Virus record (IMG/VR): IMGVR_UViG_3300028364_000026
Coordinates: 24,630-88,629 of that record
Source: a virus
Reading direction: 5' to 3' (one strand)
Length of the DNA stretch: 64,000 nucleotides
This document shows positions 27,073 to 36,808 of the stretch, piece after piece; positions within the stretch are counted from its first letter, which is position 1; each line of letters starts with the position of its first letter. A program made the translations under genes and the position numbers. The notes beneath the pieces were generated by a model. It searched no databases, had not been told where the DNA came from, and worked only from the letters and a program-made list of their open reading frames with translations.

Positions 27073-27837
27073 TTATGTTAAACTTTGTTTTAATGCCATT
27101 AGTTTTGAAATGTTATTAAAAAAATCTTCATTAATTTCTTTTTTATCATTCAAAAGTCTATCTTTTACATTCAAAAGTTTATCTTTTGTGTCTGCTGAAC
27201 TACCAATTAAACGCTCATTAACCATATCAATACATTCTCTAAGTGTGTTTAAATACACCTCTTCTTTTTTAGATGAATCAGAATCAATTAATACTTTTAA
27301 AAGATTCTTTTCACTCTCATTAATACCAGAATACCTTTCGTTATATTTATCGACTAATATGGTTGTCATCATACTATTTGGTAACCCAGTGTCTTCATAA
27401 ATTTCTCTAGGTTTATTATTTGTAATAAATTTTATTATATTGGCTGTAGCCTCTACAATTATATCTATATTTTTAACATTCTTCTTAGTGAAAATTAAAA
27501 CCTCAATGTCTTCATGAAGCTTAATGTTATCATACACTTTATTATAACTTTCAGTTATTGGTTTAGCTAAACCTAAATTTAGTTTTTTAATCTCTTCCCT
27601 ATTAAATTTATTTAAAAGACCTATATTTTCTTGTAGAAATAAATTCGCTTTGAATTCATTTGATTCTACTTTATTTTCAATGTTATCATAAATAAGAAAT
27701 TGAGTCTTTAAAATTTCATTTTCTTTTATTGATTTAACATACTTCTTAAACATTATCCTAGAATTTTTGTCTTTGGTTGGTAAACCTTCAACTAAAATAC
27801 TATTATATGAATTAGTAATTTTTCCAAAATTTTGCAT
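27073..27837 (-). CDS. Hypothetical head-module protein
   Basis: Follows portal; late box at 27851-27859. Confidence 0.75.
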   Translation of the reverse strand: MQNFGKITNSYNSILVEGLPTKDKNSRIMFKKYVKSIKENEILKTQFLIYDNIENKVESNEFKANLFLQENIGLLNKFNREEIKKLNLGLAKPITESYNKVYDNIKLHEDIEVLIFTKKNVKNIDIIVEATANIIKFITNNKPREIYEDTGLPNSMMTTILVDKYNERYSGINESEKNLLKVLIDSDSSKKEEVYLNTLRECIDMVNERLIGSSADTKDKLLNVKDRLLNDKKEINEDFFNNISKLMALKQSLT

Positions 27838-27880
27838 ACCTATATTTATTAATAAATATTATAATAATTTGTAAAATGTA

Positions 27881-30800
27881 TTATTCTAATAATTTATTTA
27901 TATCATCAATCATAGTATTAACTGATTTGTTTATTTTTACTGATTTATCGTAAATCTTAACCCTTTCATTTTTTAAAGTGTTATCCTCAGTTTTAATAGA
28001 TTCTACCAATACATCAACCCATTTATTTTGATATTTTTTAGTTTTTTGAACCATTTTATTATTTAATTCAACTCTTTTATTAGTTAATAATTTATCTACT
28101 CTAACTAAATTTTCTGTCAAATTAGCTGGTTCCGCTTCTTCAACAGAACCTAAATCTTCTCCACCTAAATCTTCTCCACCTAAATCTTCACCACCAGTTT
28201 CTAAACTGTCGTCTCCACCTTCAGTTTCTCCATCACCAAAGTCTAAATCTTCACCACCAGAACCTCCACCTCCAAATGAAGCACCTCCTCCACCCCCAAA
28301 TGAAGCACCTCCTCCAGAAGCATCTCCACCCTCTTCACCTTCAGATGGGTTACCACCTTCTAGTGCGGCTTTAAAATCACCATATATTCTATCTACAGTA
28401 TCAAACATACCAGTATGTTTAATAACACTTGAGGTGTTAGCTAATTCAGCTGAAGCAGCTTTTTCCATTCTTTGTTCAAGTAAATCAGATTTTATTTCAT
28501 CATTAGACCAACCCAGTATTTCTCTATGAGCACGTGTCCAAGACATAACAGCAAAACCATTTCCAATATCAGCAACAGCATCTTTAACCAACGTAACTTT
28601 TTGTTGTAGGTGCTCAACCTTAAGCATTTCAGCTTGGGTTGATGGGTTATTTAACGTTAATGTAAAATTATCTAAGTCCTCATCAAAACCTAATAAATAT
28701 AGATGTATAATCGCTATTTTATTTAATTCTTGCAACATAGATTGTTGAATACGGTTAATCGTTCTAGAAAATCGGATATCTTGTATCGCTAAATTCTTTC
28801 CATCACCAGCAGCTTCTTCAAAACCTAAAAATGGTTTTGGTACTCTTAGGGCTGTAAATAAATTTCTTTGAAGGTACTCTATATCAGAAATCTGGTCTAA
28901 ATTACTGTTTTTCAAGTAGTTACCAGCTTCTGTTGCAAATGTATGATAATTATGGTATAATTCATCACCATCAACAGTTATTGTTCCAGTATCTATTTTA
29001 ATGGATGACCATTCAATAATACTTACTTTACGTATATTATCTTCTGTGTCATTAACACTATCATTGTTAAATGTCATCAATGAATCACCAACGACTAAAT
29101 CTTTAGCTTCAACAAAACCTTTAGTTTTATGCACCCATTTATGGTCGGGTGTTGTTGTAATTGACTGACCATTATCTAAGGTTACTTTCATAACTTCAGT
29201 ATTCATTCTAGTTTCACCAGCCCAAGTAATAATACCTGAAGCTAAAGCACCTGTATTAGGGTCACAAGAGTGTACCCACATATCTTTATTACCATTGTTC
29301 CATTCTGAAATAATTTCATTAAGTTCTAGTGTTCTACCATCTAATAATGGAATCCGAGTATCTAAAGCGATACAAGCACCAGGCAAAGTATCAATCGGGT
29401 TAGGAGCATCTTCTGTTCTTACTGGTATAAAATAATCTTGGTCGTTACTTAATTGATGATGTTTTAAATCTATTTGACCAGTCTGTGGGTCAACAATAGG
29501 CATACGTTTAAATCTATCCGCTATTGAGTTTACGTAACTTTCTACATCGGCTTCATCAATGTTACCAACATAAATTTTATAAACACGTCTTTCTGGTGCT
29601 CTAGTAACTCTATAAACCAACATTGCATCTTCAGAAAGAATTAATTGTTTCCAAATACGTCTTGCTTTCTCTAAAATAGAATTGTGGACAACGATACCAT
29701 TTGCATAGAAATTATGGTTATCATTTTCAACATATATATCGTATGTTTCGTGTTCACCACTTTCCTCAATTGATTTAATCGGTTCTAAAATAAAATCATT
29801 AGTTAACCTATTATCAACAACTAATAAATCACCTAATTTAAAATCTAGCGTATTTTTATAATCGAATTTATTTAATTCGGTATCATAATACATTATTTTA
29901 TGTTCTTTAGATGCGTCTATAAAATTATGTTCGGTGCTGAGTTTATAAGTTTTTTTATTACCAGAATTAACAGTATCCAATACTTTTGACAATACTTTCA
30001 CTTGATTAATTACATCAAATGAATAAACCATATCACCAATAACAATATCTTTTATCTCCTTATACCCCTCACTTGTCTCAACGCTAGAATCATATTTTAA
30101 ACACGTACCGTAAGGCAAACGTCTATCATCCCCTAATAAACGGAAATGAGCTATTTGCCATGAATTAAATTCTATATCACTTCCTCTCCAATAAAATTTG
30201 ACTTTATCTACAGTTGAGTTTTCTGTATTAGCTGAGCCAGTGACCATTTCAAATAAACCAACTTCTCTACGTTCCATCTCATAATTAGGTAATTGCTTAC
30301 CACCAACAACCCCTTGTTTTTCATCAATATTTAAAAAAACAAAATTATCACCATACTTACAATTTGATAAAAACACACCAGAATTTATTGAGTATGAACC
30401 ATTTAAATCTTTACCACAAATTGGGAAATTATGTCTATCGTGTTCTCCATTAGGCCCAACAGCTTCTAGACAATACACATTTGAAGTTTCAGCTAACTTA
30501 ATTACCGAAACGACTTTATGGTTAATTACTTTTTTTATTAAATTTATATCTTCGGCATTAAACGACATAAGTGATTCACCCACAACTAAACTATCAGCTC
30601 TTTTAAATGAACCATCCATAACCATATATTCATGGTCTGGTGTCGTATCAATATATGTTTCATCTTCTAGCGTTACACGATATAATTCACTATCTTCTCT
30701 GGTTAAATCACACCATATGATTTTACTAGGTACGATAACTTGGGTCTCATCCTGAATAGCGAAAGACCAAATTTCCTCACCTAATTTAACCCTAACAGAT

Positions 30801-31330
30801 AAGTCTTTTATAGTTGTTTCTGTCCCATCCAATAAAGGGATTATAGAATCTTCTCTAATTGGAGTATTTCTAACCCACATAGGTAATGACGTATGTAAAT
30901 CTAACCTATTAAAAAACAAATCTTCAAGTATACCCTTTACTCTATTACTATCAGAATAAATATTTAACACCCTACCATTATCGTTAACTGTAGTAGATTC
31001 TTCCATCATTACATCTAATGCGGCTGCGATTGTTGGGTAAAACTCCATTGCTTCAAAATCCGAATATGAGCCAATACGAGTTGTTTCATAATTCATAGAT
31101 TGCTGAAATAAGCCACTCTCAACTTTTTTCCACATCCCACCCAAATATTTATTTTGTTGAGCTTGTAGTTTTGCTCTCTCAAAGTCAGCTTTATTATCTG
31201 TTTTTAATATTTCGGTATTACCACCTAAATTATATCTTTGAGTTGGTTGTTTTTGGGTTAATCTATTTGATTCTGGACCAACAATTTGACCTAATCTTTG
31301 AAAAATTGTTAATTTATTGGTATTTGCCAT
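27881..31330 (-). CDS. Portal protein (T4 gp20-like) with three inteins; about 685 aa after splicing
   Basis: CKYGD, EDAMLVYRVTRAPERRVYKI, QDYFIP, IDTLPGA, ALRVPK, DIRFSRTI. Confidence 0.92.
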   Translation of the reverse strand: MANTNKLTIFQRLGQIVGPESNRLTQKQPTQRYNLGGNTEILKTDNKADFERAKLQAQQNKYLGGMWKKVESGLFQQSMNYETTRIGSYSDFEAMEFYPTIAAALDVMMEESTTVNDNGRVLNIYSDSNRVKGILEDLFFNRLDLHTSLPMWVRNTPIREDSIIPLLDGTETTIKDLSVRVKLGEEIWSFAIQDETQVIVPSKIIWCDLTREDSELYRVTLEDETYIDTTPDHEYMVMDGSFKRADSLVVGESLMSFNAEDINLIKKVINHKVVSVIKLAETSNVYCLEAVGPNGEHDRHNFPICGKDLNGSYSINSGVFLSNCKYGDNFVFLNIDEKQGVVGGKQLPNYEMERREVGLFEMVTGSANTENSTVDKVKFYWRGSDIEFNSWQIAHFRLLGDDRRLPYGTCLKYDSSVETSEGYKEIKDIVIGDMVYSFDVINQVKVLSKVLDTVNSGNKKTYKLSTEHNFIDASKEHKIMYYDTELNKFDYKNTLDFKLGDLLVVDNRLTNDFILEPIKSIEESGEHETYDIYVENDNHNFYANGIVVHNSILEKARRIWKQLILSEDAMLVYRVTRAPERRVYKIYVGNIDEADVESYVNSIADRFKRMPIVDPQTGQIDLKHHQLSNDQDYFIPVRTEDAPNPIDTLPGACIALDTRIPLLDGRTLELNEIISEWNNGNKDMWVHSCDPNTGALASGIITWAGETRMNTEVMKVTLDNGQSITTTPDHKWVHKTKGFVEAKDLVVGDSLMTFNNDSVNDTEDNIRKVSIIEWSSIKIDTGTITVDGDELYHNYHTFATEAGNYLKNSNLDQISDIEYLQRNLFTALRVPKPFLGFEEAAGDGKNLAIQDIRFSRTINRIQQSMLQELNKIAIIHLYLLGFDEDLDNFTLTLNNPSTQAEMLKVEHLQQKVTLVKDAVADIGNGFAVMSWTRAHREILGWSNDEIKSDLLEQRMEKAASAELANTSSVIKHTGMFDTVDRIYGDFKAALEGGNPSEGEEGGDASGGGASFGGGGGASFGGGGSGGEDLDFGDGETEGGDDSLETGGEDLGGEDLGGEDLGSVEEAEPANLTENLVRVDKLLTNKRVELNNKMVQKTKKYQNKWVDVLVESIKTEDNTLKNERVKIYDKSVKINKSVNTMIDDINKLLE
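28907..29374 (-). mobile_element. Portal intein 3 (156-aa mini-intein), ends KN
   Basis: CIALDTRI...TTPDHKW...HTFATEAGNYLKN|S; removal gives TLPGA|SNL. Confidence 0.88.
29681..30103 (-). mobile_element. Portal intein 2 (141-aa mini-intein)
   Basis: CLKYDSSV...ASKEH...TYDIYV...HNFYANGIVVHN|S. Confidence 0.92.
30362..30862 (-). mobile_element. Portal intein 1 (167 aa), Pro1, block F Cys, ends SN; Cys+1
   Basis: PIREDSIIPLLDG aligns with CIALDTRIPLLDG of intein 3; TTPDHEY; VYCLE; removal gives WVRNT|CKYGD. Confidence 0.8.
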
Positions 31331-31379
31331 TGTTTTTTTTATAAGTATAGTTTATTTTTTAAAAATTTAAATAGTTATT

Positions 31380-34300
31380 TTATTTTCTACGTCCAAATAA
31401 CCAACCATATTGACCATTTGGGTCTCTTGGGTTTTTAAAGGTTTCTTTAGGTTTTGAGTATATTTTAGAATCAATAGGTCTAGAGTCTACTCTTTCATTT
31501 ACTATTGGTTTATTCGAACCACCATTCAACCAAGAACTTAACATTGCTTTGTTTTGTTTCTCCAATCTTTCAAGACTCTTAAATGAATGTTCAGCAACCC
31601 ATAAAGCCATAGCAATGGCCATGATTAAATCATCGTGAGCACCTTCTTGGTGGTCTGGGCGACCATTTTTGTAAATAAAGGTATTCAGTTCGGTAATCAT
31701 TCTAGCCGAACGAATTTTTATAGTATTGGTCCTAATACTATATTCTAAGTTTGATATCATAGGTAAACGCACACTTGTTGCATGAAATCCTGGGATTTTA
31801 TTATCAGAACTACCACTTACAAGTTCTCTTTGTCTAGCTGAAAGTATTTTACCGTTTGAATTGTCGTAATGTAACAATTTATATTCGAATTCAAGTAACT
31901 TTAATACAGTTGAAACACCCATACCACCAGTAACATCGACTACTGTATATGCTTTATACTTTGAACCATATTCCTCAACTATTTGTGCCAGTAAATCAGG
32001 TTGTATTTTACCTTGATACTCCATAACTTCTTCCATTACAGTAATATCAATAATAACTACAGTAGATTCATCGGCACCATCACCTCTACTTACATCACAA
32101 TTATGTGTTGTTATATGGTGACACATAAAAGTGTTAGTTTCACATTCAAAATTATAAACATCCCCAGTAAACTTAGACTTGTTTATGTTGTTAACTTTAA
32201 AATAAATATAATCTTTATTGTCATCAAAATGACAAGAGTTAATGGTTTGTTTATTATTTGAGTTAAAATCATTAAAATTTAATTCATTTAATTCAGTATC
32301 ATCAGTTTTATAAATTAGTTTTATTAAATCTAAACTGTCATGACTAGCTAAAGTTAAATCATAGCTTTCTGTCCCCCCCAATTTACCTAAAGATGAAACA
32401 ACCCCCAATGAAAATATAATATCTTGTACTGACTCTAATAATTCTAAATTTACACCAACAAAACTCAGTTTTAGGTATTGTTTAGTTTTACTCAAACATC
32501 CATTACTATCAAAGTAACCTCTAATTAATTCTTTTTTGTTTTCATCAGAGATAAACTTAACCCACTCTGATATTTTATTGTCATTTGAATTTTGACCAAA
32601 GTTTTCTAATATAAAATAATATAAAAATTTATAATTAAATTCTATTGTTTTGTTATTATGGCTAAATAATGGTGAACAGTTAAATAATCGGGTTATAATA
32701 TTTTTATATTTTTCGACATAACCTTTTTGGGTTTTATCAAAATTTAGTGATATTGAATGGGAATCTTTAGTTAACGAACCATTACCTAACCACATACCAA
32801 TAAACCACCAAAAATCGTTATCGAGTAATGGTGAATCGATATTACAAGGTACATCATTAGTTACTACCCATTTATCTTCATAAGTGGAATTAATTGATTT
32901 TTTGTAGGTGTTAGGGACTTTTACCCAATCACCTACTTCAACCTCTTCTACCCTTGTATAATTGAAATCTAAATCTAAATTACTTTTACTAATTAAAATT
33001 GGGTGTTCCTTGGTGAATGTTGTTGTTCTAAACGTACTATCCATTTGTATTTCAAATATATCCTCATCAATTACAGGATAAATTTGTCTATTAATTATAT
33101 TTACGTAATTACCATCTTCACTTACTAACTTATCGTTAATGTCAACATCTTTAATATTTACTAACCCTTTATCAGTTAATACTTTTTCGTATGGGGTTAA
33201 ACACCCCAATATATATTGGTGTCCTTCAATAGGTTCAGCCCATACCCATATTTCCTTATTTGCACCAAAAGTTGCAATTGGTTCTTTTACGTTATTCTTT
33301 TCCTGAAACAAAATAAATTCTTCTGCAATAACGTTACCTCCAGAACCAATGAACGACACATCAAGTTCTTGTGCAATCATTTTTGCGTCATTATTCATAC
33401 CCATACACATACCTTCATACCAAGTAGAAGTAGCTTTCCAACCATCATCTAAACGAAGTTTATAAGATTCAAAAGTGAATTCATACTCGCTTTCTACAAT
33501 ATCGTCTTTTAACCAACGTAAGTCTTTATTATAACGCAAATCTTCATGCCATTTCATTTCAACAATATTGAAATTATTTTTCTTATATTTTGCTTGGTCG
33601 TAAGTTTTATAATATAAAGAATCCATACCATTTGGTGTTTGATGACCTAATATACCATTATAAATAACGGAATGACACCAAAAATCATTAGTTTCAGGTA
33701 ATGAAACATCATATGTTTTATTTTTAAGTTTTTCTAATTTAGTTATTGGAACCCATTTTGAATCTTTAAAATTAATTTTATCAATTGAATATCTGGATAA
33801 ATCAAGATTTAAAACATTAATAAAATAATCTATAAATTCATTAAAAATATTTACTGATAAATTAGCTGTTTTGTTTTTATTATAAATTCTAATTTTATTA
33901 ACTAGTAAACCAGTGTTAGGTAATTTTCTAACTAATTTATGTTCGTTTATGATATTTCTAATTATATTTTTACCGTTTGGTATTATTCTATTATTATAGG
34001 ATACTAATTTATTTTGTCCTCTTTTTATTTGTTTCCTATTAAATCTAAAACCAATGGTGTCGTAATATTTATCCGCATCAATAGATGTTGATGAAATCTT
34101 ATAATATTGACTACTAACTTTAACTTTTTTAGTTGGTAGTGTTATTCCTTCTGAATAATCAGTTAATATACCAAGATTTAAAAATAAAAACCTTATTTGT
34201 TGAATTAATTTTTTAGAGGACAAATTTATACCTATCGTACCTCTAATATTATCAGAATAACCATCACCATCCATAATACCTTGTAACATAGCAATAATAT

Positions 34301-36734
34301 TTTCACGCCCCATTTCAAGTAAACGTTTAGGTATTAACTTATTTGGGGCTTTTAAGGTTAAATTAAACCCCAAATACTCTAATAAACCACCTAAATATTT
34401 AGATGAAATTTTATAGTGTAAATTATCGTGTGATGAATAATTAAACCCAGCATTAGATATGTATGTGCCAACATTATCACCACATGTTATCGTAATATCA
34501 CAACCATAAATATTTTTTGGTTCATAACTAGACCCTTCTGATAAATATAAACCAATTAGATAAGCTAAATCAGTATTTATTTTATCATAAATTATTTTTG
34601 GTTTATCTTCTGTATTTGAAAACTCATAGGTAAAATCAATGGTATCGTTATTACCAAAAATATTAAACGAATGTTGTACATTAACATAATCACCGATTTC
34701 TAATTCACTAACCGTAAACCAATCATATTTGTTTTTTTTATTTGAATAAGACCACAATTTATGTGTTTCAGTTGACTCAAGTTCTGAATTATTAGTTGTT
34801 AATTTTATAGTTTCTTGAAAACCATTATTAACAATTAAATTTGATTTCCTAGATACATTATTTCCTCTAATATTATATTCTTTAACATAATAACCTAAAT
34901 TAGGTATATCTGGTTCATCATAATTAATAATGTCTTTCATTTGTTGTAAACCATTGTCAGTAAAAATAAAAGTATCTTCAGTAACACAGGATATAAGTGT
35001 CGCTCTACCCCCAGTATTATGACTTATAATACCGTTTGAAATAAATGAATTTGTTTCTGGTACATGTAAATCATAAGTATAATCTTCTGACTCAGTTATA
35101 GAAATAATTTCATCGATATAAAACATTTTTTCATTACTTACATTAACAAATCTTGCGTTTTTTTTCTTATTTAATAAAAATTCTTTATTATTTTGTTTTC
35201 TATCTAATCTGAAACCAATTTCGTCATAAAATTTAATTGCATTATTTGAATAAATTTTTAAGTTGTAAATTTTACAAATATTTTTTTTATTTTTTATTAT
35301 TGATGATTTAGAAGTTTTTTCTTTTTCATATTTAATATGTGATATAATACCAAAATTAAATAATAAAGTTTGTAGTGTTTGAATTAATTTTTTGGATGTG
35401 CTTGAATATTTAATATCCTTTACAGTACTCACCCCATCACCATCGAATATACCTTGTAAAAACACTTTAATGACATCTTTAGGCATCTTTAATAAAGCTA
35501 AAGGTATTTCCTTATCCCTAGCATTATTTTTCGCCAACCCAAACATTTTAAACCATTCTATTAACTCAGTTGAGTTAAATTGATAATGACGGTCATCAAC
35601 TTTTTTAAATGCGTTACCTAAACAAGCTTTATCTGTTAATAGAAAATTTGTTATGTAATCGTCAATATTTGTGATGGTAATACCACTTGAATTAAAATTA
35701 CCCTGAGCTAAGAATAATCCTAATAAATAAGAAAAATCTAAATTATCACCAAGGTTTTTAGGTATTGTGATGTTTTCACCATTTTTGTGTTTATCGAAAA
35801 CAAAATTTACTTCGCTATTATTACTAAAATAATTTTGACCATATTGAATTATTGGTTTGTCACCAATTTTTAATTCGTTCATCCGTACCCAATTCTCAAC
35901 TCCATGGTTATCAATTAAAATAGGATGTTTCCAACTGCCCTCTAATTCAACACCTAATTTAGTTTTAATTTTAAATGTTTGACCATATTCACTAACAAAA
36001 GTTTGAGTTGCGTTAACAATATCACCATCTTTATTACAAACTTTATGTGGTAACTCCAAATCGGTAAAACCTATTTTATCTTTTTCAGAAACTAATTCAT
36101 CAAGTTGAATTAAACCATTTTCAGTTAAAATTAACGAATCTTTTGTTAAACAACCTAGTGCAGTAAGTGCAGCACCAAAAACTTCCGCTCCGTTATCAAT
36201 ATAAGCGGCCTCATCCATAATAAGGGTTGTTGGGGTAAAACCACGAAGTGCATCCTTAGAAGTTGCTACGGCCTTTACTCTACTATTATTTGGTAATCTA
36301 ATTTCTTTTTTGGCGTTAACAATAAAAATTGTTTTAGCTTCATTCTCTGGAGAACCATAATATTCGTCTCCCCAAACCCATCTTGGTAATTGAGATAGAA
36401 AATCTTTAATTTTTGCCAAGAATTCAAAAGCTAAATCTTGTTTATTCGCAATAATAAGAATATTCTCAGGGTTATTACCGTCAGCTAAGGCTACGATAAT
36501 AGCCATATATGCAGCGGTGGTTGTAGATACACCAGCTTGTCTAGGTTTTGTTACTATATTAAATCTATGGTTTTGATAAGCGGTTATGATTTCTTTTTGT
36601 CTAGGAAATAGAACAAATGGTACAAAACCTTCTTGTGTTTTATCAAAAGTAGTTAAATATGTTTCAATAGCATATGTTGGGTCTTGCAAACACATAGCAT
36701 ATTCATATAAAATTTCCGTTGTTGTCAGATTCAT
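31380..36734 (-). CDS. Terminase large subunit (T4 gp17-like) with three inteins; about 587 aa after splicing
   Basis: KPRQAGVST, LIMDEAAY, IS|TPNG, G|CDVSRGDG, HDDLIMA. Start 36734 preferred because a late box lies at 36746-36754. Confidence 0.93.
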   Translation of the reverse strand: MNLTTTEILYEYAMCLQDPTYAIETYLTTFDKTQEGFVPFVLFPRQKEIITAYQNHRFNIVTKPRQAGVSTTTAAYMAIIVALADGNNPENILIIANKQDLAFEFLAKIKDFLSQLPRWVWGDEYYGSPENEAKTIFIVNAKKEIRLPNNSRVKAVATSKDALRGFTPTTLIMDEAAYIDNGAEVFGAALTALGCLTKDSLILTENGLIQLDELVSEKDKIGFTDLELPHKVCNKDGDIVNATQTFVSEYGQTFKIKTKLGVELEGSWKHPILIDNHGVENWVRMNELKIGDKPIIQYGQNYFSNNSEVNFVFDKHKNGENITIPKNLGDNLDFSYLLGLFLAQGNFNSSGITITNIDDYITNFLLTDKACLGNAFKKVDDRHYQFNSTELIEWFKMFGLAKNNARDKEIPLALLKMPKDVIKVFLQGIFDGDGVSTVKDIKYSSTSKKLIQTLQTLLFNFGIISHIKYEKEKTSKSSIIKNKKNICKIYNLKIYSNNAIKFYDEIGFRLDRKQNNKEFLLNKKKNARFVNVSNEKMFYIDEIISITESEDYTYDLHVPETNSFISNGIISHNTGGRATLISCVTEDTFIFTDNGLQQMKDIINYDEPDIPNLGYYVKEYNIRGNNVSRKSNLIVNNGFQETIKLTTNNSELESTETHKLWSYSNKKNKYDWFTVSELEIGDYVNVQHSFNIFGNNDTIDFTYEFSNTEDKPKIIYDKINTDLAYLIGLYLSEGSSYEPKNIYGCDITITCGDNVGTYISNAGFNYSSHDNLHYKISSKYLGGLLEYLGFNLTLKAPNKLIPKRLLEMGRENIIAMLQGIMDGDGYSDNIRGTIGINLSSKKLIQQIRFLFLNLGILTDYSEGITLPTKKVKVSSQYYKISSTSIDADKYYDTIGFRFNRKQIKRGQNKLVSYNNRIIPNGKNIIRNIINEHKLVRKLPNTGLLVNKIRIYNKNKTANLSVNIFNEFIDYFINVLNLDLSRYSIDKINFKDSKWVPITKLEKLKNKTYDVSLPETNDFWCHSVIYNGILGHQTPNGMDSLYYKTYDQAKYKKNNFNIVEMKWHEDLRYNKDLRWLKDDIVESEYEFTFESYKLRLDDGWKATSTWYEGMCMGMNNDAKMIAQELDVSFIGSGGNVIAEEFILFQEKNNVKEPIATFGANKEIWVWAEPIEGHQYILGCLTPYEKVLTDKGLVNIKDVDINDKLVSEDGNYVNIINRQIYPVIDEDIFEIQMDSTFRTTTFTKEHPILISKSNLDLDFNYTRVEEVEVGDWVKVPNTYKKSINSTYEDKWVVTNDVPCNIDSPLLDNDFWWFIGMWLGNGSLTKDSHSISLNFDKTQKGYVEKYKNIITRLFNCSPLFSHNNKTIEFNYKFLYYFILENFGQNSNDNKISEWVKFISDENKKELIRGYFDSNGCLSKTKQYLKLSFVGVNLELLESVQDIIFSLGVVSSLGKLGGTESYDLTLASHDSLDLIKLIYKTDDTELNELNFNDFNSNNKQTINSCHFDDNKDYIYFKVNNINKSKFTGDVYNFECETNTFMCHHITTHNCDVSRGDGADESTVVIIDITVMEEVMEYQGKIQPDLLAQIVEEYGSKYKAYTVVDVTGGMGVSTVLKLLEFEYKLLHYDNSNGKILSARQRELVSGSSDNKIPGFHATSVRLPMISNLEYSIRTNTIKIRSARMITELNTFIYKNGRPDHQEGAHDDLIMAIAMALWVAEHSFKSLERLEKQNKAMLSSWLNGGSNKPIVNERVDSRPIDSKIYSKPKETFKNPRDPNGQYGWLFGRRK
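32100..33203 (-). mobile_element. TerL intein 3 (368 aa) with LAGLIDADG-like endonuclease
   Basis: CLTPYEKV...FIGMWLGNG...IRGYFDSNG...HITTHN|C. Confidence 0.9.
33639..34988 (-). mobile_element. TerL intein 2 (450 aa) with LAGLIDADG endonuclease, C-terminal Gln
   Basis: CVTEDTFI...LIGLYLSEG...LQGIMDGDG...NGILGHQ|T. Confidence 0.9.
35016..36152 (-). mobile_element. TerL intein 1 (379 aa) with LAGLIDADG endonuclease
   Basis: CLTKDSLI...LLGLFLAQG...LQGIFDGDG...NGIISHN|T. Confidence 0.92.
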
Positions 36735-36808
36735 ATTCTTTTTAATATAAATATGTGACAACAACGGAAACTCTATTATTGGTTATTTTAGACTAAACTA
36801 AAAAAAAA

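Noticed and set aside
28148-28330. GGEDL and GGGASFG tandem repeats in the portal tail, and similar repeats at 24500-24560, 40730-40780 and 41060-41125
   Set aside because: Ordinary slippage repeats in disordered acidic linkers.
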